Shown piece by piece: positions 1 through 14,939 of a DNA stretch of 64,000 bases. Every line of letters starts with the position of its first letter. Position 1 is the first letter of the stretch. The translations under genes were made by a program, and so were the position numbers. The notes under the pieces were generated by a model. That model made no database searches, was not told the DNA's origin, and saw only the letters and a program-made list of their open reading frames with translations. Source of the stretch: the human T2T-CHM13v2.0 reference genome, Homo sapiens; the NCBI RefSeq assembly GCF_009914755.1, contig NC_060938.1. One strand, 5' to 3'.

Positions 1-115
1 ATGTAGCCAGGACTTGGATCAAAAAACGAAGGCCTCTGGGGAGGAGATAAGAAACAGGGCACTGATATTCCTGGTCTTGGAGGAGTCCAGGTAAAGAATA
101 AAAACAGAATTTTGA

Positions 116-816
<701 letters not shown>

Positions 817-1239
817 ACTTTTCTTTTTTTTATTTTTAAAAATTTAGTTGTATAATACCAAATTCTTCACTTGTCTTTTAACTGAAACCTTTCCCAATTT
901 GTGCTTTTAAAGGCATTTGAAGATAAAAACGTTATGTAGTCAAATGGAAATTTGAGAAAATGAAATAAAATAAAACAGTATCTCCTAGAAAAGGATATAA
1001 TGTGCAGTTTTGACCAAATTAATTTAATGTTTGTTTTTTAGGAGCTTGCTGGCTAGTGTTCTGAAAAACACAGAAAATACCGGTCCAGTGAAAATGATAC
1101 ATAAAACACTCCCCTGTTTTTATTTTGCCATTGTCTCAGTTTAAAAGAAAAACAAAATGGGATGTCTATAATGGAGAAATAAAGCAGGGCTCATAAGTAG
1201 GGTCGATAACAAAATTTCAAAATCATATAAACACAACCT

Positions 1240-1412
1240 TGGGTCCTGCTCACCACTTACATTGTGTGACTTGACTTAAAAATTGCTTCCACTTTCTCAG
1301 CCTCAGTTTCCATATCAGTCAAATGGGAATAATATTAACTGCCTCTTAGGGTAAGTAGGTGTATTTATTGAGAAATTCAAGCCAAATCATCCAGCAGAGT
1401 ACTTAGCACAGA
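1240..1412 (+). mobile_element. MIR fragment
   Basis: MIR core-like text CACTTAC..TGTGTGACTTG..CTCAGCCTCAGTTTCC..AAATGGGAATAATA. Confidence 0.65.
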
Positions 1413-2128
1413 GCACACTTTGATGGTCAGGAACTGCTGCGTGAGACACTGATGGGTGACAGAGGGAGGCTCGTTAGGGTTAGTCCACGGCAGCTGTGCC
1501 TTCTGATACTAAAACAAAAATATATTCAACTTCAATGTGCTTGAAAAACTAGACATAGGCTGCATGAGAAAAGAAAAAGGAAACATACCAAAATGGAAGA
1601 GAAGTCTGAAGAACACTCATCTCAAGCCAGATTTTCAAGGAAATGAGTTTAATATGAAATTACAAAAACAGTGCCCTCGGCTGTTTCTACTTTTCTATGA
1701 AATCCGATAGCCAGATATCACGATGCAACAGAACAAAGAAAATGCAAAGAACAGCAGGATAAATACTTTTAGTTGTTTTCTCACGCCACTCCTTCAAATT
1801 GGTGTTTGCAGCATGGTAGTAGAAGGTAATGCAATAACCATGTGAAATTTACAGCAGACTTTAGGATTGTGAACATTTCTGAGCAAATAGAGATAACAAC
1901 AAAGGCCAGGAACAAGTGACTGTGGGGTATGTGGTTAGATCAAGACCTTGAAAACAGATGCTTTACCTAGCCAAGTAAACCAATGTTTACCACTGTCCTC
2001 TAAAAGGCATGCTTAACATAGACCTAAAACTGAAGCAAATCCTTACACTAGAGTTTGATAGCATTTTTTTAAAATCTCGCATATAAAGTTGGCTGGAGAC
2101 CTAAAGCAACCAGTTACAAAGAAAATGA

Positions 2129-2430
2129 GGCTGGGCACGGTGACTCACGCCTGTAATCCCAGCACTCTGGGAAGCCAAGGCGGGCGGATCGCGAGGTCAG
2201 GAGTTCAAGACCACCCTGGCCAACATAGTGAAACGTCGTCTCTACTAAAAATACAAAAAAAAAATTTAGCCGAGCGTGGTCGCACGCACCTGTGGTCCCA
2301 GCTACTTGGGAGGCTGAGGCAGGAGACTCGCTTGAACTGGGAGGCGGAGGCTGTAGTGAGCCGAGATTGCAACACTGCACTCCAGCCTGGGTAACACAGT
2401 GAGACTATGTCTCAAAAAAAAAAAAAAAAA
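2129..2430 (+). mobile_element. Alu SINE (AluS type)
   Basis: GGCTGGGCACGGTG...poly(A); flanked by TSD GAAAATGA. Confidence 0.95.
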
Positions 2431-2538
2431 GGAAAATGAACGAGTTATATGCCTTTAAAAATCAAATTTTGTTAGGATAAAACATCCAAAGACTGCTGCT
2501 GCTAAGAGAAATCTATATGGAATGTTCCTTGATATAAG

Positions 2539-2693
2539 TGACTCAGATCGGGTCTTAAAAATACTTTTGTTGTGCAGAGATTTGCAGTAGTAAGTAGGAA
2601 ATGTCTAATAAGTGTTTGCAACATGAAGGAACTGAATGAATGAATGAATGAATAAACTAAGTGGCTGAGTCAGAGTATCTCTGGCTGAGTCAC
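2539..2693. promoter_or_regulatory. Cluster of three AP-1 sites, two with ARE/MARE-type GC extension
   Basis: TGACTCA 2539-2545; GCTGAGTCA 2664-2672; GCTGAGTCAC 2684-2693 (reverse complement GTGACTCAGC). Motif match only; function is inferred. Confidence 0.45.
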
Positions 2694-2888
2694 AGTATGT
2701 TAGAATTGGAAGAATTCTAAGATTCTTACCGATTTTGATTTCAATTTGTACATTGTGTCATTGGAAGCTCAGGACCTCACCAGACAGATCTCTCGCAAAT
2801 ATTTGTTGGATATATGAATGGAACCAGAGCTACAGAAACAAGCACTTTTCCTTCCTGGTTCAATTCAAACACATCATGTGGGTGGTGC

Positions 2889-3441
2889 TGTAAGAGGTGT
2901 TTGAACCACATCAACTCCATCTTGAATAGGAGCTGAGTAAAATAAGGCTGAGATCTACTCGGGCTGCATTCCCAGACGGTGAAGGCATTCTAAGTCACAG
3001 GATGAGACAGGAGGTCAGCACAAGATACAGGTCACAAAGACCTTGCTGATAAAACACTTTGTGGTAAAGAAGCTGGCCAAAACCCACCAAAACCAAGATG
3101 GCCACCACAGGGACCTCTGGTCCTCCTCACTGCTACACTCCCACCAGCACCACAACAGTTTATAAATGCCACAGCAATGTCAGGAAGTTACCCTATATGG
3201 TCTAAAAAGGGGAGGCATGAATAATCCCCCCCTTGTTTAGCATATCATCAAGAAATAACTATAAAAATGGGCAGCCAGCAGCCCTCGCAGCTGCTCTGTC
3301 TATGGAATAGCCATTCTTTTATTCCTTTACTTTCTTTATAAACTTGCTTTTGCTTTACTCTATGGACTTGCTCTGAATTCTTTCTTGCATGAGATTCAAG
3401 AACCCTCTTGGCCTCTGGATCAGGACCCCTTTCCCGTAACA
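2889..3441 (+). mobile_element. MER41A solo LTR (ERV1)
   Basis: TG...CA ends (TGTAAGAGGTGTTTGAACC...CCCCTTTCCCGTAACA); 4-bp TSD GTGC at 2885-2888 and 3442-3445; GGGGAGGCATGAATAATCC lacks the MER41B tandem-GAS segment. Confidence 0.9.
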
Positions 3442-3464
3442 GTGCTATGGCTGGGATTTTGCTC

Positions 3465-3600
3465 CCTGCTCTGCCACTCTGGACATAGCTGTACATCCTT
3501 GAGCAAACTTTTTCACTTCTCTGGTTTCCTTACTTGTAAAACTGGGCACATGGAACTACAAAAGGTCCCTTGCATCAGCAATATTCTAAGATTACTCAGG
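3465..3600 (+). mobile_element. MIR fragment between the two MER41 LTRs
   Basis: CTCTGCCACT..CCTTGAGCAA..CACTTCTCTG GTTTCCTTACTTGTAAAACTGGG resembles the MIR core. Confidence 0.55.
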
Positions 3601-3625
3601 AAAATATAAGCCCAAAGACCCAAGT

Positions 3626-4145
3626 TGTTAAAGGAAAGGGGTCCCGATCCAGACCCCAAGAGAGGGTTCTTGGATCTCGCGTAAGAAAGAATTCAGGGCG
3701 AGTCCGAAGTGCAAAGTAAAAGCAAGTTTATTAAGAAAGTAAAGTGGTGAAAGAACAGCTACTCCACAGATAGAGTACGATGTTCCTGAAAGTAAGAGGA
3801 GGAACGCATCCACCCTAAGTACAATACTTGTATATATGGGGAGATGTGCTCTGCTACAAGGGTTTGCGATAAAGGATTAATTTTCTTAATTACTATATTT
3901 TGCAAGAATCGATATTATTATCTTTAAAGCAAAATTAAGAGTGCCTTTGTTCTCCAGATGTCGGGATACCTGGACACTCCCAAGTCTGAGTCTGTTTAGT
4001 AAACACTATTAATTTGTTCCCTTAACCGTAAACATCTAGAGGCTAGGAATGCCTAACTTTCTGAGAATGGAGCCCAGCAAATCTCAGCCTCATTTTCCTA
4101 GCCCTTGCTCAAAATGGAGTCACTCTGGTTCGAACACCTCTGACA
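3626..4145 (-). mobile_element. MER41 (C/D-like) solo LTR (ERV1)
   Basis: Reverse complement begins TGTCAGAGGTGTTCGAACCAGAG and ends GGGACCCCTTTCCTTTAACA; internal TCTAGATGTTTACGGTTAAGGGAAC matches the recalled MER41C/D; subfamily uncertain. Confidence 0.85.
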
Positions 4146-5766
4146 GACTTTTCACAATTAACAAAGTTCAGCATGATCAGAACAAATAAACACAACCTGA
4201 GGTTAGTCAAGTTCGTCATTGCTTTTGTCGAACAGCTCGTTTCTCTACCAAACCACAAACTACTTTCTGCATCTTTTCTACATTTGTGCCTTAGAAAAAG
4301 TGGGGCTGATGAGATGGCTTGGAGCAACCCCTTCCTTGTCTACCCAGAGAATTTCTGAAGTGTATTAAGGAGATTTATAATTTGAGATGCAAGTGCCATT
4401 TCATTAATTGGCATTCTTGGAGATTTTGATTTTTTCCTGCCATCGATGGGTTAATATGCTGAGATCTTCTTTTGTTTTACAAAGAGGCAAGGAAACACAT
4501 TTGGCTGATACAGTCCATTATTAAAATTGCATTTCAGCAGTGGCAAAGAACTCCAGCCACCTGACGCTGGACTTAGGCATCATCTTCCTGCACTACAACC
4601 CAAAGCTATTACATTAACAGCAGAAGCAAAACAATGGGGCTGCCAGCAGCACAAACTCCCCTGGTAGAAGGAAACCATCAATCCTGCCGGTGAAGTATTT
4701 AGCTACAAAAGGAGAAAAGACACTCTGACTGAAGTGTAAGAGGAAGAAATACACAGGTGCTTTTCAATCAGAGCTGGATCACGTATACTTGAAGAAACAG
4801 CAGCTTCAACCACCAAATAAGTTTGCCTCTGGAAGGCACAGCCGACAAGTACACCTGGTGAGGACTTGGAGTAAGTATGGGGGCAAATGAGGTCAGTCTT
4901 CTCTGCTCCCCCTTCAACTTGGATGCTCACGGTCCACACCCATTGCCTGTGAGGTAGTTTCTACAGAGATGAAACAATGAGCTTCCTTAGGGGCCAAGGA
5001 GGCACAAGACTGACCTCTTTAGCTTCTGCTGTGCTAAGTAATATTAATAAGCTCTAAGTCTTTATGTAGAAGTCAATGAAATTAGCAGTAGGGTTTAGAA
5101 GCCAGAAACACGGTGCTGGGTTATTAAAAAAACAAAAACAAAAAAACCCCGACCATTCTTTTCAGCTAAACTCCAGCTCCAGTTCTCTGGGCTAGAATAG
5201 TAGTGTTAATAGATTCCGCCTCGACTAAAAAGGGAGCCAGTGGCAGAAAATCTATTCCTCCGGCAAGGTTGCTGGGCAACCAGCAAGCTTTTGGCATGTG
5301 GCTGATGTCTCCAGGCAGCCCGGACTACACAAAGTAAGCTCTTCCATCACTTACAACTAACTTGATTTTGATGGATTAAAACCGAATAAAAATGTACTGT
5401 AACTCACTTCCAAATTCAGAAATCAGAGAGAGACAGAAAATATCCCAACACCCAACTAAAGACTAACTTATCAGAAACACTAGGATTCACTGAAGTTCAT
5501 TCTACTGGGTGATAAATCTCTTCTGCATTCTAGTATACAACCGATTTGGTTTTAAGACCAGAATATCCAAAACCAATGGGGGTGGGGGGGAAGTACTCAA
5601 AATATTTTGGAAAAATATTAATGTTATGAAGATGGAGCTTCGATGTAATGGATTCTGGTGTCAAATGCATCTTTATGCCTGGTATTCTGCTTTTTAATTT
5701 TGTATTTTTAATTTTAATGGGTATACAGTCTGGTACTATTTTAGCTGCATTTTTTTTAAGAGATTG

Positions 5767-6014
5767 CTTTTTTTTGTTTTGTTTTTTGAGACAGAGTCTT
5801 GCTCTGTCGCCCAGGCTGGAGTCTCCTGCCTCAGCATCCCAAGTAGCTGGGACTACAGGTGCCTGCTACCACGCCCAGCTAATTTTTTGTATTTTTAGTA
5901 GAGACGGGGTTTCACTGTGTTAGCCAGGATGGTCTCGATCTCCTGACCTCGTGATCCGCCCACCTCGGCCTCCCAAAGTGCTGGGATTACAGGCGTGAGC
6001 CACTGTGCTGGGCC
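5767..6014 (-). mobile_element. AluY-like element with ~55-bp internal deletion
   Basis: AluY diagnostics GTTAGCCAGGATGGTCTCGATCTCCTGACCTCGTG; GGCTGGAGT joined directly to CTCCTGCC at ~5822. Confidence 0.9.
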
Positions 6015-6104
6015 TTTTTTTTTTTAAGACAGGGTCTTGCTCTGTCTCCCAAGCTGGAATGTAATAGCGTGATCACAGGTCGTTGTAAACTTAAAACTCT
6101 GGGC
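6015..6104 (-). mobile_element. Old Alu (J/FRAM-like) fragment
   Basis: poly(T), then AGACAGGGTCTTGCTCTGTCTCCCAAGCTGGAATG. Confidence 0.7.
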
Positions 6105-6311
6105 TAGAATTTAGCCACAATTATTTAGCAAAATCTCCTTTTGCTAACATCTGAGGACATCAGTCAATAATCAACAAACCCTTACTAAGGGTTCTGAGAT
6201 CCCAACCTTATGCTGTAGGGCGACAGAGAAAGGTAAGACCTTGGGCCAGGCCTTATTTGGAATACATTTACTATCAGGACATAAAGTAAAATGGCCTCTT
6301 CTCATCAGCTA

Positions 6312-6664
6312 CAGTAGTCCCTCCTTCTCCACGGGGAACAAGTTCTAAGACCCCCAGTGGATCCCTGAAACCCCAGATAGTACCAAACCTTACACACCTA
6401 TGTTTTCTCCATCTAACGGAGACAGCTACTGGGTGACTTACAGATGGGTAGTATATACAGTGTAGAAATGCTAGACAAAGGGATGATTCATGCACCGGGC
6501 AAGACAGAGCGGGACAGCACGAGATTTCATCACAATCCTTAGAGCAAGGTGCAACTGAAATATACACTGTTCATTTTTGGAATCTTCCATTTAATATTTT
6601 CAAGCTGCAGTTGACTGTAGGTAACTCAAAGCATGAAGAGAACAGTGGATAAGTGGGGACTACT
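6312..6664 (-). mobile_element. MER44A (TcMar-Tigger MITE)
   Basis: Terminal inverted repeats CAGTAGTCCC...GGGGACTACT, preceded by TA; internal text matches the recalled MER44A. Confidence 0.85.
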
Positions 6665-7966
6665 TCCACAAAAGGTTAATTTGGCATTTACTATGTTTAT
6701 TTCTGAAAGATGCCTCCCAGAGATACTGAACAAGCTGGCTGGACTCTAAAAGTGGTCAGTTTTTCCCAGGGTTCTGGAATGAAGCAGGCCTACCTGCCAG
6801 GGCTCTGAATGCCATAAATACCTTCACACCTGATGTCTAACTTTTCTTTCTCTTTGAGAAACACATGCTTGATAGCATTTGTAATGAATCGTCACCTTCA
6901 GTGAGAGCCTCTTCAAAAAACTGCACATACTGGCATGGACAGGACATTTCCTCTTCTTTGCAACCCTGAACCTGGGATCTCATTCGTCGATACGGGGGCC
7001 ACCAGAGGAGAGACTGAGGGTAAATGCAACCAAAACAAGAAGACGAGCAATCGTGCCCACATGTCTAAGAGTGTCGGGTGAAACCAAACTGTGCCTACTG
7101 GCTCCTTCTAACACAGAGAATGCATATGACTTCTAGAGAAGCACTTTCATGGTCCAGCCATAGCATGTCCCATTCGTGGCCTCCCCAGCTCCCAGTCCAT
7201 TACACATCCATTACACCGTTAGTCAGTTTCCATGTTTCTTGCAACACATTAAAATGCACTGCAAGAGCTAAAAGCAGCCTCCTCTGAAACCATTATGATG
7301 ATAAAGTGCAACTTGATGGAAACTGATAAATTATTATTGCTCCCTAACAATACATATGCCCTCAGGTAACAAAAAGTTGTTAATTTTAATATGAAAAAGA
7401 GGCCTAATGGGTATCCTCAGGAGCTTGTGAAGGTAACTGATCTGTGGGGCAGAGCTACTCTCAAGTCCAACACTGGCCACCCTTCACAAACGCCACCCCA
7501 GAAATCCTTTGCTGAGCCACTGCTCCCCAAACTAACCTTTCCCTGTTACCTATAGCTCTGCCTGTCCATGGAACCTTCTCTACTCTACAGTCATTCTTTG
7601 CCTATTACTTTCCTCTCTCCTACTAGGTATATGTGCCCCACGTGCAGTCCTAGGTTCTTATTCACAGAGTTAAATGCTCAATCAAGGTTAGATGATTTTG
7701 TTTTTCACTGGAGAACACAATGGCATGTAAACATAACCCCTGAAAAATTAAAACTTTTTAGGTTTCTGGATAATCTGTGCTATCTGATCAAACTGTTAGC
7801 TCCAAGATGTAGAAAGAAGAACCTATGGTATGAATATTAAGTCAGCCAAACAGCTTTACCCTTTGTATGGGAGTGCTTTTTGCTTCCTGTAAATAGCCTA
7901 GTAAATGGTTGTTTTACAGAGAATTATTCAGTAAGGAGAAGCCATGGAAAAATTAAGAGGAAATGA

Positions 7967-8312
<346 letters not shown>

Positions 8313-8389
8313 CCAATAGCTTCTTTTCTTAAAATAATTTTTTATATTATAAAAGCAAACCAAATTTCCTGTATAACCTTTGCCCTTTT

Positions 8390-9238
<849 letters not shown>

Positions 9239-9329
9239 TAGAATTTTCACATTGCCTGATGAGTATGCCACATTGCTTCTTTCAGATTTATTGATAATAG
9301 CATCCCATTTGTTTCCTATCTAGAAATTA

Positions 9330-9492
9330 TCATTTGTAACCAATTATTTGTTACCTCCTAGTTTGCCCATCTCCCCAACGGACTGTGAGCTACCACAGGT
9401 AGATACTATTTCTATCTTACCCTCCATTGCATCCCCACTGACCAGCACCAAGGCTGGTGTGAATGTTTGTTGAATGATCACTGCCTGAATTA
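9330..9492 (+). mobile_element. L2 3'-end fragment
   Basis: GACTGTGAGCT..ATCTTAC..TGCATCCCCA..AGCAC..GAATGTTTGTTGAATGA. Confidence 0.65.
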
Positions 9493-10503
9493 ACTGATTA
9501 TTTAAATAATGCCTAACTGAAGTTCTAGCTTAGTTGAGGGTCTTCGAAATAAAGCTGGTGATTTAGCAATTTGCCAGGAGATTTTGCTTCACAGAAACGC
9601 TTGCAACCCATAATTCTGAAGCTAGTTATCTCCTCTAGGAAATCTCAGGAAGCCAGTCTCTAACCCTAGGAGAGAAAGTAGGAGGTGGAAGGGGGAACTG
9701 GCAAAGGGAAAATACTTTCTCTTGTTCAAAGACAGCATTCAACACTGGACACACCTCTGTTCAATTATTCACGATAGAACACTTGAGTTGAAATAAAAAA
9801 TATCTATGTGTTTTTAAACACAGCTTTGGGACAAGAAACACCCCATTCACTTAGAGTAAAAATTACCTTTCACTTGCTTACTCCTGCCTGCGCTTTCTCT
9901 CCCTCCCACCCTTAATCTCTGCCCTACATATTTCCAAGATTTTCTCAGACGGTATTTTATATCATTTCCTAATTATTCCTCACATGTATATTTATGTTTG
10001 TCAGAATATATGCATGTATGCGGCTAGGCTACATATACGGTTATAAAGATGTGCACATATCACAGCATTACTTATTTATTTACTCTTGCTAATATAGCAG
10101 GGTAACAGAGACGGAAAAATCAAAGCGGTAGATAATTTAAAAATTATTCATATTTGACTCTAGGACACCAACAATTTACTTAAACACTAGACTTCTATTC
10201 TTAATTCCATTTAGCTTAGGCTATTAAGACTAATTTATGTTTCAAAGGCATACACTAACTAATCGTATGGGATAATGTATGTAAAAGTATTCTATAATTA
10301 GAACCTTAATGTAAATGTAAGTTATTACCATAATAATGATGACTTTTCTTTTCAATTTATATATATGTATGTATGTATGTATATATGCCTATATATTACA
10401 AGATCTAGGTAGCCTAACACAATTGTTTTCAAATACCTGCTCACAGCCAATACTGGTCAGTGACAAAGTTTTCAAAATGAGAAATATCAGAACAAGGTAT
10501 TCA

Positions 10504-10824
<321 letters not shown>

Positions 10825-11927
10825 TTAAATGTATTATATTTTTAAATGCTCTTTATTCTGAAATTAAATTCTTACTCATGTGTTGTTTGAAAGGCCTTTT
10901 GTTTTATGAAACTATAGTGATAACAAATGGTAATTTTTAAAGTCCTTATCTGTAAAAAAAAAAAAAAAAAGAACATTTTCTTTTGAAATGTTAACTAATC
11001 CATGGAATTGAAGAATCTGTTAAAAGCTAATTCAGGCAACAAAAACACCAACGCCTGTCCATGGTCTATTTGAGAAAAGAAAGCAAGGCTCCTCTTAGCC
11101 TTCAACAATCCCAATTACAACGACATTCGAAAACATCCGGAAAGACGCATCCTCTGAGCAGAGCCCTCTCTGGCCCCAGGCACTCCAGCACCTAGTGGCT
11201 TGTGTGAGCTCACTTCCTACTCCCCAATATCCCCCAAAACAGAAGCACCACTTAAGAACAAACCCCAAATCTTATACTAGTCCAAGGTGGGGGCGGGGTG
11301 AGGGAGGAATTGAATCCAGTTTATTATTGGCAAAGAGACTTCAACGTTTCCATCTGATGGTTCAAACATCCATAACAGAATCGGTATTTCTTTTCAGATT
11401 CAAGGCATGGCCAAGTCGCACAGGCTCACTTCAGGGTCCAGTTTTCATCTTGGAGGCTGCAACCCAAGCGAGCTCCCTGCCCTTTGATCTGGATGGAGCC
11501 AGTGTTACAAATATGCTTGTATTAAGCTATCTCCAGTCTGCCTGAGGGCATCAGCCTGGAATGCAAGGATGGGAGTTTCAGACTGTGAGGTTCCCAAGTC
11601 TTCATTCACATTACATTTCTTTCTGGCAGGCCGGCTAATGCTCCTTCAGTGCGATGCCTGTGAGCCATGGTAATGCATGCGGCATCACAAGCAGGACTAG
11701 AGAGTTTTGCCTCCATCCTCCAGGCCAAGAATTCAGATGAAGAACAGGAGAACTACAAGCAAACACCAGTACTCTAAATTACACCTTTATCATGCAGCTG
11801 GCAGGCACTGACTGAGCACCCATGAGCTCCAAACACCATGCTATGAGACACAAAGGAAGCTCTGTGGTCTTTGGCCATCAAAACATCCATGTTCCGCCAC
11901 CCATCTCTGGGGTAAATGAATCCTTAC

Positions 11928-12225
11928 GTGGACCCCATCCCCTTCCATTCTGAGGCCTTATCCTCCTAGACTTGACAGGGCAGGTCTTCATTTTCCAAAT
12001 CAAAATGTATAAAAAACTTGTTATAGCTGGAAGACATTCTGCGTGAAATAATGTACAGTGCACAGCAAACACTTCCAGTAGCACTGCCAGCCCTTCCCCA
12101 TTTCCTGGACAATCTACTGAAAAATCTTCCACTCATTCTTTCATAGGCTGAGGGTGTCTGCTGGGCCAAATTGTCTGCCGGTGACAGAGAGAAACCAACA
12201 GACTCTGCATCGCCCAGGGATAAAA
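11928..12225 (-). other. Candidate non-coding exon (298 nt)
   Basis: Acceptor gtctctctttttcag| and donor CAC|gtaagg in repeat-free DNA; splice motifs only. Confidence 0.25.
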
Positions 12226-14256
12226 CTGAAAAAGAGAGACAGATGCCCTTGACAAACAGCACACTCTGCACTACACCTGTGTGACTTGTCACCAAGAGAT
12301 GTCCAACAGTGGATGATCAGAGATGGGGAGAAAGCAGCTCACTTATTTTTCACCAGCTCATACCACATCAGTCATAATCCAAAACAAAAATCAAGAACTC
12401 CTGAGTCCTCGGGCGACTGCTTCATGCAAACACAGAAATGGTATAACTGTGACCACTGTTTTTTGACTCTTCCCCAGAAGTAAAGGTACTGATTTTAATA
12501 CCATGCTTGCTGGACATCCATCATCCAAAACACAATGCAATCATTGTAAGACGGAGAGAGCGAGAGACTCTTTTCTGTGGGGGTAGGGGCAGGCAAACTA
12601 GAGCCTCTGCAGACACGCAGGGAAGAAACAGTCTTCTACTTCTTGTTGGAATAATGGTGGGACGCACACACGAATGTTTCTGGCTCGCCTTAAAAGAAAG
12701 AAACTCTTTCAGAGAGCAGAGCCCTTAAACATCTTATCAGCCTTTGAAGTTACGCACAATGACATCCTTTGGTTCCTTGCCCAGGATAGAGGTTTAAGCT
12801 TTAAGACTCCATTTACTTACCAAGAATTGTAGAAATGTTTTCACTGCAGCAGAAGGCAAAAGAGCTGACTTAGTAAGCAGCAAGTGATAGGATGGTGAGG
12901 TGGAGGACAACATCCTTTACACGGGGCACCCGACTGTGCTATGGGGCTCAAGAGCTGTGGGTCTAACTTTCTGGGGTTAATTTCCTTGATTTCCTGTCTT
13001 CTGCACAATCAGATCAGTTTTGTGAGACTAAAGCCAAAATCCTAGAAGCAGAATAGGTTCTGATCCATCCACTATCCCTTCAACCCGTCCCTGGTCCAAC
13101 CTGTCTTACTAACTAACACTTCTCCTTCCTCCCAACACCACTAGATCACTACAACCCATCTCACAGCCCCGACAAAAAAGGTCACAGCACTCAGCTCCCT
13201 CCAAGATACAGAGTTCACAGTGCTGGTATCTTTTCCCATGAGAAGCCAGGAAAGGAGAGGGCCATGTGCCAGCTGCTGCCCCACACAGTCCTCTAGGGCT
13301 TCTGGACGAGTGTGTAGTCCCCTCGCGGCAGGTCCTGTACATCTGGTGGACCACTCTATCTCTGCACACTGTGTCTCCAGCCAGCACAGTGTCCAGTATG
13401 TAGCAGGTACTCATGACACGCTTGTGGAACAAAGGCCTGGTTGCCCCCACCCCTACCGTTCCTCTTTCCTTTCTGCTAGATACTCATCTAGGGGTAACTC
13501 TATTTTTAGGGCCTCACCCATGACTAAATCCCAGACATCAGAACTGCTTCCCAGAGCTGTTTGGTCTGTTTTTGTTTTAATCTCACGCCACAGCAAAAAT
13601 TCTCATGCAACACCCCCAAAAGCTGGGAACCCAGAGATTCTAGGAACCTAGTACTAGTCACCTAAGAAAAGGTAAGAATATCACATGCTGCTGTTATCAT
13701 GGTCTGATGATCTCCGGAAAATTAATTACTGAATTGGAGCCAAACACTTGAAGGAAAACAGAAGGAAATCTGTTGCCTTGAGATTTATCTTTCTTCTTCA
13801 AAGAAAAGCGCACGGTTGCTTCCATAGTACATGATGTTAAGACAGGACTTGGGCCAGTCATTGTAAAGAGCATCTGAAAAATCACTCCGAATTGTGTGTT
13901 CAGTTGTTTTGTGAAGGATATAACTATTTGTTTACTGAAGTGGGGCCAGAAAAATTCTGTGAAAATATCAGCCAAACTCAAGTCTCTACCAGCAAATACG
14001 AGCATGCAGTTCACATATGTGTCACCGTCACGTGTATTATCTCTGACTTATACATAAGAATAATGTGTAAATAAGCTGAACCCATTCAAACAACCAAATG
14101 ATTTTAGTTCGCAATAGAAGCATAAACATGACCCTTGGTTTAAATGAGGTTTTTACTCTAAATTGTCTATGTACACAATAAAACAAACTCCTTGCAGGGG
14201 CCTGGAGGGTGTCTCCACATGGTTGTGTGAATTCTCCTAATTAAAAGTGTTGGGGA

Positions 14257-14583
14257 GGCTGGGCACAGTGGCTCACACCTGTAATCCCAACACTTTGGGA
14301 GGCCGAGGCAGGCAGATCACCTGAGGTTGGGAGTTTGAGACCAGCCTGGCAAACATGCCAAAACCCCGTCTCTACTAAAAATACAAAAGTTAGCTGAGCG
14401 TGGTGGCATGTGCCTGTAATCCCAGCTACTATGGAGGCTGAGACAGGAGAATCGCTTGAACCCAGGAGACGGAGGTCACACTGGGCGGAGGCTGCAGTGG
14501 GTGGAGGTTGCAGTGAGCCAAGATCGCACCACAACACTCCAGCCTGGGTAAAAGAGCGAGACTCCGTCTCCAAAAAGCAAAAA
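14257..14583 (+). mobile_element. Alu SINE with internal triplication in the right arm
   Basis: GGAGGTCACACTGG-GCGGAGGCTGCAGTGG-GTGGAGGTTGCAGTG at ~14471-14515. Confidence 0.9.
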
Positions 14584-14670
14584 GTGATGGTGAGTCAACA
14601 TGAAGGGACTCTTTCAAACACCCCATTTGGCAGGTGTTTATGGTGGGCCTCTATGAGAAAATTGTCAAGA

Positions 14671-14939
14671 CACTTTGGGAGGTCAAGGCAGGAGGATCCC
14701 TTGAGCTCAGGAGTTCAAGGCAAGCCTGTGCAAAATGGCGAAACCTCGTCTCTACAAAAAATACAAAAGTTAGCTGGGCATGGTGGCGTGTGCCTGTGGT
14801 CCCAGCTACTAGGGAGGCTGAGGTGGAAGGATCACTTGAGACCAGGCAGTTGAGAATGCAGTAAGCAGTGATGTCGCCACTGCATTCTAGGCTGGGCAAC
14901 AGAACGAGACCCTGTCCCAAAAAAAAAAAAAAAAAAAAA
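14671..14939 (+). mobile_element. 5'-truncated AluJ-like SINE
   Basis: Starts CACTTTGGGAGG; poly(A); TSD AATTGTCAAGA on both sides. Confidence 0.9.

Noticed and set aside
3180-3230. MER41A as a STAT1/interferon-gamma enhancer
   Set aside because: The tandem GAS segment of MER41B is absent in this copy.
6996-7014. CTCF-like GGCCACCAGAGGAGAG
   Set aside because: Lacks the conserved GGC at the 3' part of the core motif.
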